DNA of 64,000 nucleotides, taken from contig WGMN01000001.1 of the NCBI GenBank assembly GCA_016125035.1, positions 193,526 through 257,525 on the forward strand. Reading direction: 5' to 3'. The notes below the pieces were generated by a model, which was not told the DNA's origin, searched no databases, and saw nothing but the letters and a program-made list of their open reading frames with translations. Shown piece by piece: positions 9,654 through 17,417 of this stretch; the stretch's first letter is position 1, and every line of letters starts with the position of its first letter. Source of the stretch: Pseudomonadota bacterium. GTDB lineage: Bacteria; Pseudomonadota; Alphaproteobacteria; UBA2136; UBA6156. Both the position numbers and the translations under genes were made by a program.

Positions 9654-9687
9654 GAGGTCTTTCGCAAAGCCGTGCGGGAGGAGGGCT

Positions 9688-9760
9688 TGTCCCGGACAGC
9701 AGGCGGGGCCCCGAAAAATGTATAGGACATTTTTCGACCCACCTAGCTTCCGGGATGACA
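9688..9760. repeat. Nested palindromic element between convergent ohr and asnB
   Basis: Perfect central stem CGAAAAATGT/ACATTTTTCG with outer stems (TGTCCCGGA...TCCGGGATGACA). Confidence 0.6.
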
Positions 9761-9783
9761 GTCCCCCGGCCAGTGCTTGTGAG

Positions 9784-11523
9784 TTAACGGTGCCATTCTT
9801 CCGACAGGGTTTGCCACGATTGGCCCTGGACGTGGATGGCGTGCCAGAAGGCCAGCAGGGTGAGGCTGAGCGCCAGGTTGGCGGACTTGGCGTGGGCGAG
9901 GTTGCCGAGCAGTTTTTCAGCCGCGTGGGGGTGGAGGATTTGGGTGAGGATGGGGCTGGTTTGCCAGAGCGCGGCGAGGCGCTCTTTTTTATGGGCGAGG
10001 AAGCTGCCCACCGCCACCGAGAAGCCCTGCTTGCGCGCCCAGGCGAGTTGCGACTGGCCTTGCGCGGCGAGGTGCTGGCGCAGGATGAGCTTGCCGGCAT
10101 CTGGGCGGACTTTGAATTCATCCGGCAGCGAGAAGGCCCATGCGGCGAAGGTGTCATCCAGGTAGGGCACGCGGCCTTCGATGCCGTGAGCCATGGTGGT
10201 GCGGTCTAGCTTTAAGAGCAGGTCGTTGGGGAGCCAGCCCGCGACATCCTGCCCCTGGCGGCTTTGTAGTTTGGTGAGGCCGCGGGTGGGCCAGGGTTGC
10301 TCTGGCGGCGGAGGCGTGGAGACGTTGATCTGGAACAGCGACTGGAAGGGCGCGGCATCGCCGCTGCGGCGGGCTTTGAAGTAGCTGAGCAGGTTGGGCT
10401 TTTTGCGGTAGGCCGGGTAGCCGGCGAGCATTTCATCACCGCCCTCCCCCGAGAGCAGGATCTTCACGTCCTCACGTGCGCGGGCGGTGAGCTTGAGCAG
10501 TGGCAGGGCGGCGTAGTCTGTCGCCAGGTCATCCATCGCCCAGGCGAGTTTGGGGAGCATTGGCCAGAAGTCGGATTCATCATAGGGCACGGTGGTGTGG
10601 GTGGCGCCGATGCTTTGCGCGAACGAGGCGGCGATATCGGCCTCATTCACCCCGCCTGCCACCATGATGCGCGCGGTGTAGGCGTGCACCGGGGCGCCTA
10701 AGCTCCGCATGGCGAGGGTGACGGCAGTGCTATCCAGCCCGCCGGAGAGCAGGATGCCGTAGGGGACATCGGCCTGCAGGTGGCGGCTGACTGCGGCGGT
10801 GAGCTGCTCGTTGAAATCGTGATTCGTTATTCGTGATTCGTTATTCGTAACTGGGTTGAGGGGGGGCAATTTACGGCGGCGCATGATGATCTTGCCGTGG
10901 CGGACGGTGAGCCTCTCGCCCGGCAAAAGGCGGTGGATGTTTTTGAACAGCGTTTGGCTGCCGGTGGAGTAGTGCCGGTTGAGCAGTTGCGGCAGCACCG
11001 TGAGGTTGGGCTCGGCGCGCACCCAGCCGGCGGCGAGGATGGCTTTGGGCTCGGACGCGAAAATGAAACCGAGATTGGTTTCGGCATAATAAAGCGGTTT
11101 GATGCCGAAGGGATCGGTGGCGAGGTAAAGCGTTTCTGTTGCGCCATCGGCCAGGGCCAGGGCGTACATGCCCTGTAGCTCTTCCAGCGCCCCTTCCCCG
11201 ATTTGGGTGAAGCGGTGCAGGGGTGGTTCGCTATCCGACGCGGTGTGCAGGCGGGCGCCGTTTTGGGTGGCGAGGGTTTGCAGCGCTTTGTAGTTGTAGA
11301 TTTCGCCGTTCACCACGATGGCGGTTTTGCCTGCGACAAGGGGTTGGCGGCCGCCCGAGATATCGATGATGGAAAGGCGGCGGTGGGCGAGGCCGAGGCT
11401 GGCGTGGGTGAAGGTGCCTTCGCCATCTGGCCCGCGGTGGGCCAGCGCGGCGAGCAAAGGGGCCAGATGTTTGGCCGTGGCCTTTTGGCTTTTGATGAGA
11501 CTGACGCCGGCGATTCCGCACAT
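9784..11523 (-). CDS. asnB: Asparagine synthase (glutamine-hydrolysing) family amidotransferase
   Basis: MCGIAG N-terminal nucleophile; HRGPDG, NGEIYN, LSGGLDS and SGEGGDE motifs. Confidence 0.93.
   Translation of the reverse strand: MCGIAGVSLIKSQKATAKHLAPLLAALAHRGPDGEGTFTHASLGLAHRRLSIIDISGGRQPLVAGKTAIVVNGEIYNYKALQTLATQNGARLHTASDSEPPLHRFTQIGEGALEELQGMYALALADGATETLYLATDPFGIKPLYYAETNLGFIFASEPKAILAAGWVRAEPNLTVLPQLLNRHYSTGSQTLFKNIHRLLPGERLTVRHGKIIMRRRKLPPLNPVTNNESRITNHDFNEQLTAAVSRHLQADVPYGILLSGGLDSTAVTLAMRSLGAPVHAYTARIMVAGGVNEADIAASFAQSIGATHTTVPYDESDFWPMLPKLAWAMDDLATDYAALPLLKLTARAREDVKILLSGEGGDEMLAGYPAYRKKPNLLSYFKARRSGDAAPFQSLFQINVSTPPPPEQPWPTRGLTKLQSRQGQDVAGWLPNDLLLKLDRTTMAHGIEGRVPYLDDTFAAWAFSLPDEFKVRPDAGKLILRQHLAAQGQSQLAWARKQGFSVAVGSFLAHKKERLAALWQTSPILTQILHPHAAEKLLGNLAHAKSANLALSLTLLAFWHAIHVQGQSWQTLSEEWHR
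10817..10851 (+). repeat. Heptamer array (TCGTKAT x5) inside asnB
   Basis: tcgtgat tcgttat tcgtgat tcgttat tcgtaac, encoding VTNNESRITNHD in the interdomain linker. Confidence 0.85.
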
Positions 11524-11556
11524 ACCCAACGGTATAGGCGGAATCGGCGCGGACGT

Positions 11557-12912
11557 CTAGCGGCTGAAGCTGCGGCGCGGGCGACCGCCGAAGGAGCGGT
11601 TGCCGCCACCGCCGTGGCTGTTGCCGTGGGTGCGCCCGCCCTGGTGTTGGCCCTGGCCGCCGCCGCTGTTGCCGCCGTGGTTACCCTGCGAACGTGCCGG
11701 GCGTTGGCCGCGCTGTTTGGGGCGGCCCGGAGGCGCCTCGGCGGAGACGATGCGGCGGAAATCGGCCTCGGTGAAGGAGGATTCCAGGCCTTCTATCTTG
11801 CTGAAGGTGAAGGGTTTGCCCAGGCGTTTTTCGATATCGCGCAGCAAGGGGAGATCGGGCGGGGAGACCAGCGAGATGGCCACGCCCACCGCGCCGCCGC
11901 GGCCGGTGCGGCCGATGCGGTGGGTGTAGTCTTCCGCCAGGTTGGGAAGATCATAATTGATGACGTGGGAGAGGTTCTTCACGTCGAGCCCGCGTGCGGC
12001 GACGTCGGTGGCCACCAGCACCTTGAGGCGCCCGGCGTGCAGACTATCCAACGTGCGCTTGCGTTGGTTCTGCTTCATGTCGCCGTGCAGGGCGCCGGTG
12101 GAGAAGCCTTGCTGTTGCAGCTTTTTGGCCAGCCTATCCGCCCCGTGCTTGGTGGCGGAGAAGATGATGACCTGGTCGACATCGTTTTGCTTGAGCAGGT
12201 GCGAGAGCATGTTCTGCTTATGGTCGGTGTTATCCACATGGAAGACGTGCTGGGTGATGGCCGAGTGGTCTTGCTTGGCGGCGGCGAGCTGGGCGCGGTG
12301 CGGATTTTGCAGGGTGCGCGAGGCGACCTTTTCCACCTCGGGGCTGAAAGTTGCCGAGAACAGCAGGATTTGCGGGCGCGAGGGCAGCGCGGCGATGATC
12401 TTTTCCACCGGTTTGAGGAAGCCCATGTCGAGCATGCGGTCGGCTTCGTCGAGCACCAGGACTTCCACGCGGGAGAAATCCACGCGCCGTTCGTTCATGT
12501 GGTCGATGAGGCGGCCGGGGGTGGCGACGAGGATATCCAGCGGCCGGGAGAGCAACTGGTACTGCGGGCCGTAGCCCACCCCGCCGATGACCACCCCGCT
12601 GCGCACGGAGAGGTGTTTGCCGAAGAGTTTGAGGTTATCCATGCATTGCTGGGCAAGTTCCCGCGTAGGCGTAAGCACCAGCACGCGCGGGCCGTGGCCC
12701 TGGCGGGCGCTGGGGCCGGAGACGACGCGTTGCAGGCACGGCAGCACAAAAGCCGCCGTTTTGCCGGTGCCGGTTTGCGCGCAGGCCATGACATCCTTGC
12801 CCTGCAAAATGGCCGGGATGGTTTGCGCCTGGATGGGGCTGGGCGCGGTGAAGCCGGCATCTTGAATAGCCTGGAGGATGGCAGGCTTGAGGTTAAACGA
12901 CGTGAAGCTCAT
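11557..12912 (-). CDS. rhlE: DEAD-box RNA helicase (RhlE-like)
   Basis: AQTGTGKT, PTRELA, DEAD, SAT and HRIGRTGR motifs; Gly/Arg-rich tail. Confidence 0.92.
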   Translation of the reverse strand: MSFTSFNLKPAILQAIQDAGFTAPSPIQAQTIPAILQGKDVMACAQTGTGKTAAFVLPCLQRVVSGPSARQGHGPRVLVLTPTRELAQQCMDNLKLFGKHLSVRSGVVIGGVGYGPQYQLLSRPLDILVATPGRLIDHMNERRVDFSRVEVLVLDEADRMLDMGFLKPVEKIIAALPSRPQILLFSATFSPEVEKVASRTLQNPHRAQLAAAKQDHSAITQHVFHVDNTDHKQNMLSHLLKQNDVDQVIIFSATKHGADRLAKKLQQQGFSTGALHGDMKQNQRKRTLDSLHAGRLKVLVATDVAARGLDVKNLSHVINYDLPNLAEDYTHRIGRTGRGGAVGVAISLVSPPDLPLLRDIEKRLGKPFTFSKIEGLESSFTEADFRRIVSAEAPPGRPKQRGQRPARSQGNHGGNSGGGQGQHQGGRTHGNSHGGGGNRSFGGRPRRSFSR

Positions 12913-13172
12913 GGCTATGAGACCTTATGTTGGTGCGGCGCTCTGGCCCAAAGATGGCCATTGGCTGCGGGTTGTGGGCGCCTGGACCTTACGTAAGGTT
13001 CTTGAAGTGCTGGCGGTGATATGGGGGGCGAAGCGGCAAAAGGCAAGCCCCATATGCATTTATTTGAAAAAATGTGTGTTTTAGTAAGAAATTTGCCCCC
13101 CAGGGGCTGGCCTTTTGGCTGCGCGTGGGCTACAAGGGCGCCGACAACAGCCAGACTTAGGATTGAAAGACC

Positions 13173-14993
13173 ATGCGCGAAAAGACCCGGAACATTGCCA
13201 TTATCGCCCACGTGGACCATGGGAAGACCACGCTTGTGGACGCGCTGCTGAAGCAGACCGGCACCTTTGCCAGCAACGAAAAAGTGGCCGAGCGCGCCAT
13301 GGACAGCAACGACATTGAGCGTGAGCGCGGCATTACCATTTTGGCCAAGACCACCAGCATTATGTACAAGGATTACCGCATTAATGTGGTGGACACCCCC
13401 GGGCACGCCGACTTTGGCGGCGAGGTGGAGCGCATTTTGGGCATGGTGGATGGTGCCGTGCTGCTGGTGGACGCCGCCGAAGGCCCCATGCCGCAGACCA
13501 AATTTGTGCTGGGCAAAGCCTTGCAGCTGGGCCTGAAGCCGATTTTGGTGGTGAACAAGATTGACCGCGGCGACGCGCGCCCCGACGAAGTGGTGAACGA
13601 GACCTTTGACCTGTTTGACAGCCTGGGCGCCGACCACGACCAGCTGGACTTCCCCATTTTATACGCCGTGGGCCGCGATGGCTGGGTGAGCAAGGATGCG
13701 AAGGTGAAGGGAGATAACTGCTTCCCCCTATTGGACCTGGTGCTGGAGCATGTGCAGGCGCCGCAGGGCGATGCCACCGCGCCGTTTAAGATGCTGGTGA
13801 GCATGGTGGAGCGTAATGAGTTTGTGGGCCGGATCGTGACCGGGCGCATCTTCTCCGGCAGTGTGAAGAAGAACATGCCGATTAAGGCCATGGACCGCAA
13901 CGGCGCGGATATTGACCGCGGCAAGGTGGTGCAAATTTTCGGCTTCCAGGGGTTGAAGAAGGTGCCGGTGGACGAAGCCAGCGTGGGCGACATTGTGGCC
14001 ATTGCCGGGCTTGGCAACGCCTACGTGAGCCACACGCTGTGCGACACGAGCGTGAATGAGCCCCTGCCCGCTGTGGCGATTGACCCGCCGACCTTGATGA
14101 TGACCTTTAGCGTGAACGACAGCCCCCTTTCCGGACAGGAAGGCAAAAAGCTGACCAGCCGCGAAATTGGTGCGCGTTTGTTCGCCGAAGCCGAGACCAA
14201 CGTGGGGTTGATTGTGGAGCAGGGTTCCACCACCGAGAGCTTTAAGGTGATGGGGCGCGGTGAGTTGCACCTGGGGGTGCTTATTGAGACCATGCGCCGC
14301 GAGGGGTTTGAGCTGAGCATTTCCCGCCCGGAGACCATCTTCCGCGAAGAGAACGGCGTGAAGCTGGAGCCTTATGAAGATATCATCGTGGACGTGGATG
14401 AGGCCTACAGCGGTGTGGTGATGGAGAAAATGGGCCTGCGCCGCGCCGAGATGGTGAATATGATCGCCGACCACCATGGTAAGCAGCGCCTTATCTTCGT
14501 GGGGCCGAGCCGCGGGATGATCGGTTACCGCAGCGAGTTTTTGACCGACACGCGGGGCACCGGTGTGTTGACGCGCCAGTTTAAGGAATATGGGCCGCTG
14601 AAGCAGCTGAGCGGAGGGCGCCGCAACGGCGTGCTGGTGAGCATGGCCAATGGGGTGAGCACGGCGTACATTTTGAACGAACTGGAAGCGCGCGGGACGT
14701 TGTTTATTGGCGACGTGGTGACCGTTTACGATGGGATGATTGTGGGCGAAAACAGCCGCGAGGATGATTTGGAAGTGAACCCCACGCACGCCAAGAAGCT
14801 CTCCAACGTGCGTGCCGCGGGTAAGGACGACGCGATTAAGCTGACGCCGCCCAGGGACATTACGCTGGAGTACGCGCTGACCTATATTCAGGACGACGAG
14901 CTGGTGGAGGTGACGCCGAAGAACATCCGCCTGCGCAAGCGCGGGTTGGATGCGCATAGCCGCAAGAAGTACCGCCGGGAAGCGGGTAATTAA
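13173..14993 (+). CDS. typA: Translational GTPase TypA/BipA
   Basis: [29 protein letters not shown] and GRGELHL motifs; C-terminal DDELVEVTP. Confidence 0.98.
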   Translation: MREKTRNIAIIAHVDHGKTTLVDALLKQTGTFASNEKVAERAMDSNDIERERGITILAKTTSIMYKDYRINVVDTPGHADFGGEVERILGMVDGAVLLVDAAEGPMPQTKFVLGKALQLGLKPILVVNKIDRGDARPDEVVNETFDLFDSLGADHDQLDFPILYAVGRDGWVSKDAKVKGDNCFPLLDLVLEHVQAPQGDATAPFKMLVSMVERNEFVGRIVTGRIFSGSVKKNMPIKAMDRNGADIDRGKVVQIFGFQGLKKVPVDEASVGDIVAIAGLGNAYVSHTLCDTSVNEPLPAVAIDPPTLMMTFSVNDSPLSGQEGKKLTSREIGARLFAEAETNVGLIVEQGSTTESFKVMGRGELHLGVLIETMRREGFELSISRPETIFREENGVKLEPYEDIIVDVDEAYSGVVMEKMGLRRAEMVNMIADHHGKQRLIFVGPSRGMIGYRSEFLTDTRGTGVLTRQFKEYGPLKQLSGGRRNGVLVSMANGVSTAYILNELEARGTLFIGDVVTVYDGMIVGENSREDDLEVNPTHAKKLSNVRAAGKDDAIKLTPPRDITLEYALTYIQDDELVEVTPKNIRLRKRGLDAHSRKKYRREAGN

Positions 14994-15099
14994 GGAAGGG
15001 TTGAGGGGGCTGGGGTGCGCCAAAAGTGCGCCGCAGCCCCCTTCTCTGCGCTTAAAAACTTGACGAAACCTTTGGTTATGGCGATAACCGGGCCCGTGC

Positions 15100-15187
15100 G
15101 GAAGTGTGGCCGAGTGGTTGAAGGCGCACGCTTGGAAAGCGTGTATGGGGCAACTCATCGCAGGTTCGAATCCTGTCACTTCCGCCA
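15100..15187 (+). tRNA. tRNA-Ser(GGA)
   Basis: Acceptor stem GGAAGTG/CACTTCC, anticodon arm CACGC-TTGGAAA-GCGTG, long variable arm, GTTCGAATC and encoded CCA. Confidence 0.96.
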
Positions 15188-15196
15188 GTTAAATGA

Positions 15197-15317
15197 GGGA
15201 ATGGCCAGTTTTGGCTTGCACGCCTTAAGGCGCACGCTGGACTCTTAATTGTCCACCTTCGGTGGAACAGCGTGCATGGGCAACTTATCGCAGGTTCGGA
15301 CTCTGCCACTCCGCCAG
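15197..15317 (+). pseudogene. Degenerate tandem copy of tRNA-Ser with hairpin insertions in the D and anticodon loops
   Basis: AAGGCGCACGCT...AGCGTG.ATGGGCAACT.ATCGCAGGTTCG...CACTTCCGCCAGTT matches the upstream tRNA; about 30 nt replace the anticodon loop. Confidence 0.8.
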
Positions 15318-15340
15318 TTGCAATTGGGAGATGCGCCAAA

Positions 15341-15736
15341 ATGATGCACGTTCAGTACAAACTGGATAAGTCACCCTTGCATGGCATTGGTTTGTTTGCC
15401 GCCCAGCCCATTAAGCAAGGGGCGCTCATCTATTCAGCCAGCCCCATTCTTGATGTGAATATTAGCTCGGAGCAATTCGAGAGCCTGACAGAGGCAGAGA
15501 AAAGTGAAGTTCGCTTTTGGGGATTCTGGATTGAAGACGAACAGGTTTGGCATGTTGATTTTGATGTCTCTAAATTTATTAACCATGACCGCAACTCTAC
15601 CGTAACCCAAGATGGGGATCATAAAGACGCCTACCTGGTTGCGACCCGTGACATTAAAAGCGGTGAGGAACTTACCCAGAATTATCTGGAATTTGAGACT
15701 GAGGCGGATTTACGCCAACGCGGAATCTCGGACTAG
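15341..15736 (+). CDS. SET-domain protein (putative lysine methyltransferase)
   Basis: SPLHGIGLFA, FINH and ATRDIKSGEELTQNY motifs; visibly AT-richer than its neighbours. Confidence 0.88.
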   Translation: MMHVQYKLDKSPLHGIGLFAAQPIKQGALIYSASPILDVNISSEQFESLTEAEKSEVRFWGFWIEDEQVWHVDFDVSKFINHDRNSTVTQDGDHKDAYLVATRDIKSGEELTQNYLEFETEADLRQRGISD

Positions 15737-15842
15737 GAGTTTCGGCAAACCGTGTTTTACGGCTGCTTGATTAGCAACCACTAGAGTTGCGGGTTGTGTA
15801 CTGCATACGATAGGCTGGTGCCCAGGAACGGGAGAAAACGCC

Positions 15843-17381
15843 ATGTCGGTTGACCAGTTGCACGATAAGCTTGAAGTGTTTGCCGGATATTTGTGGGGTT
15901 GGCCGATGCTGGTGTTGCTGGTGGCCACCGGGGTTTGGTTTACCTTTGTGTTGAAGGGGCTGCAATTCCGCCTGTTGTTCCCCGCGTTGTATGACGCCTT
16001 TGGGCCCGACGGTGGCAAGAGCCGCGGTGAGGGTACCATCAGCAACCGTGCGGCGCTGCTGACCGCGCTGGCGGCAACCGTGGGCACCGGCAACATTGCC
16101 GGGGTGGCCACCGCCATTGCCATGGGCGGGCCGGGTGCGGTGTTCTGGATGTGGTTGAGCGGGCTGCTGGGCATGGCGGTGAAATTCAGCGAAGTGTTGC
16201 TGGGCTTGCATTACCGCGTGAGGGAGGCCGACGGCACCTACCGCGGCGGGCCGATGTACTATTTGAAACAGGGGGTGGGCTCGCCGTTTCTGGCGGGGGT
16301 GTTTGCCACCTTCCTTGCTTTTGCGACGCTGAGCATTGGCGGGATGATCCAGAACAACTCTATTGCCGATGCGCTGAACGCGACCTTTGGCTGGAACGCC
16401 ACCCTGGTGGGTGGGGTGGTGGCGATTGCCGCGGCGGTGATTATGTTTGGTGGGTTGAAGAGCATCGCCAACACCGCCAATGTGCTGGTGCCGGTGATGA
16501 TCATCGCCTACACCGTTGCGGCAGTGATGATCTTGCTGGCCAATGCCAGTTATGTGCCTGAGGTGTTTGGCATGATCTTCCACGATGCCTTCAGCGGCAG
16601 CGCGGCGGCCGGCGGTTTTGCCGGCGTGGCAATGGCCAGCGCGGTGCGCTTTGGCCTTTCACGCGGGGTGTTCTCTAACGAGTCCGGGCAGGGCTCGGCG
16701 CCGATTGTGGCGGCCACCGCCAAGACGCGGCACCCGGCCGAGCAGGCGTTGATCTCTATGACGCAGACGTTCATCGACACCATTGTGGTGTGCACGATGA
16801 CCGCGCTGGTGATTCTGGTGAGTGGCGCGTGGCAGAGTGGTGCGGCGCAAAGCGCCGGGGCAAGTTTGACCACGCTGGCGTTCAACACCGGTTTGGGGCA
16901 GCTGAGCTTTTACGGTGTGGGTGTGGGGGCGGCGATTGTGAGTGTGAGCATTTTGATGTTTGCCTTCACCACCATTTTGGGCTGGGGCTTTTATGGCCAG
17001 CAGGCGGCAGTTTATTTGCTTGGCCCCAAGGTGGCCAAGCCTTATCTGGCGGTGTTTTTGGTGTTCACCTTTTTGGGGGCGTACCTGATTGATTACTCCA
17101 GCGCCGGGGCCGCCGTGCGGCTGCTGTGGGTAAGCGCCGACATTACCGTGGGTTTGACCATGCTGCCGAACCTTTACGCGCTGTGGATGTTGAGCGGGAA
17201 GATACGCGCGCTGACGGAGGATTACCTGAGTGCGATCAAGACCGGGCGGGCGTTTGCGGTGGTGCCTTTTGTGAACGAGGTGCGGGTGAGCGCGCGACCG
17301 GCAAAAGGTGGCAAAACGCTGCCAATGACGCGCAAGAAAATGGTGGTGCGGCGGCCGAAGGCGGCAAAACGACGGCGCTAG
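15843..17381 (+). CDS. alsT: Sodium:alanine/glycine symporter (AGCS family)
   Basis: ALAATVGTGNIAGVATAI, GGPMYY, RGVFSNESGQG and FIDTIVVCTMT motifs. Confidence 0.93.
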   Translation: MSVDQLHDKLEVFAGYLWGWPMLVLLVATGVWFTFVLKGLQFRLLFPALYDAFGPDGGKSRGEGTISNRAALLTALAATVGTGNIAGVATAIAMGGPGAVFWMWLSGLLGMAVKFSEVLLGLHYRVREADGTYRGGPMYYLKQGVGSPFLAGVFATFLAFATLSIGGMIQNNSIADALNATFGWNATLVGGVVAIAAAVIMFGGLKSIANTANVLVPVMIIAYTVAAVMILLANASYVPEVFGMIFHDAFSGSAAAGGFAGVAMASAVRFGLSRGVFSNESGQGSAPIVAATAKTRHPAEQALISMTQTFIDTIVVCTMTALVILVSGAWQSGAAQSAGASLTTLAFNTGLGQLSFYGVGVGAAIVSVSILMFAFTTILGWGFYGQQAAVYLLGPKVAKPYLAVFLVFTFLGAYLIDYSSAGAAVRLLWVSADITVGLTMLPNLYALWMLSGKIRALTEDYLSAIKTGRAFAVVPFVNEVRVSARPAKGGKTLPMTRKKMVVRRPKAAKRRR

Positions 17382-17391
17382 CTGCAAGCAC

Positions 17392-17411
17392 AAGGGGCCG
17401 GATGGCCCCTT
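17392..17411. terminator. Intrinsic terminator between convergent alsT and fadE
   Basis: AAGGGGCC-ggat-GGCCCCTT followed by a T-rich tail. Confidence 0.7.
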
Positions 17412-17417
17412 TGCTTT

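Noticed and set aside
15100..15736. Intact prophage or integrative element at tRNA-Ser
   Set aside because: No integrase or phage genes; the tRNA copy is immediately adjacent to the tRNA.
15737..15842. Glycine riboswitch upstream of the alanine/glycine symporter
   Set aside because: The region is short and lacks the GGAGA...CCGAAG...CTCTCAGG aptamer core.
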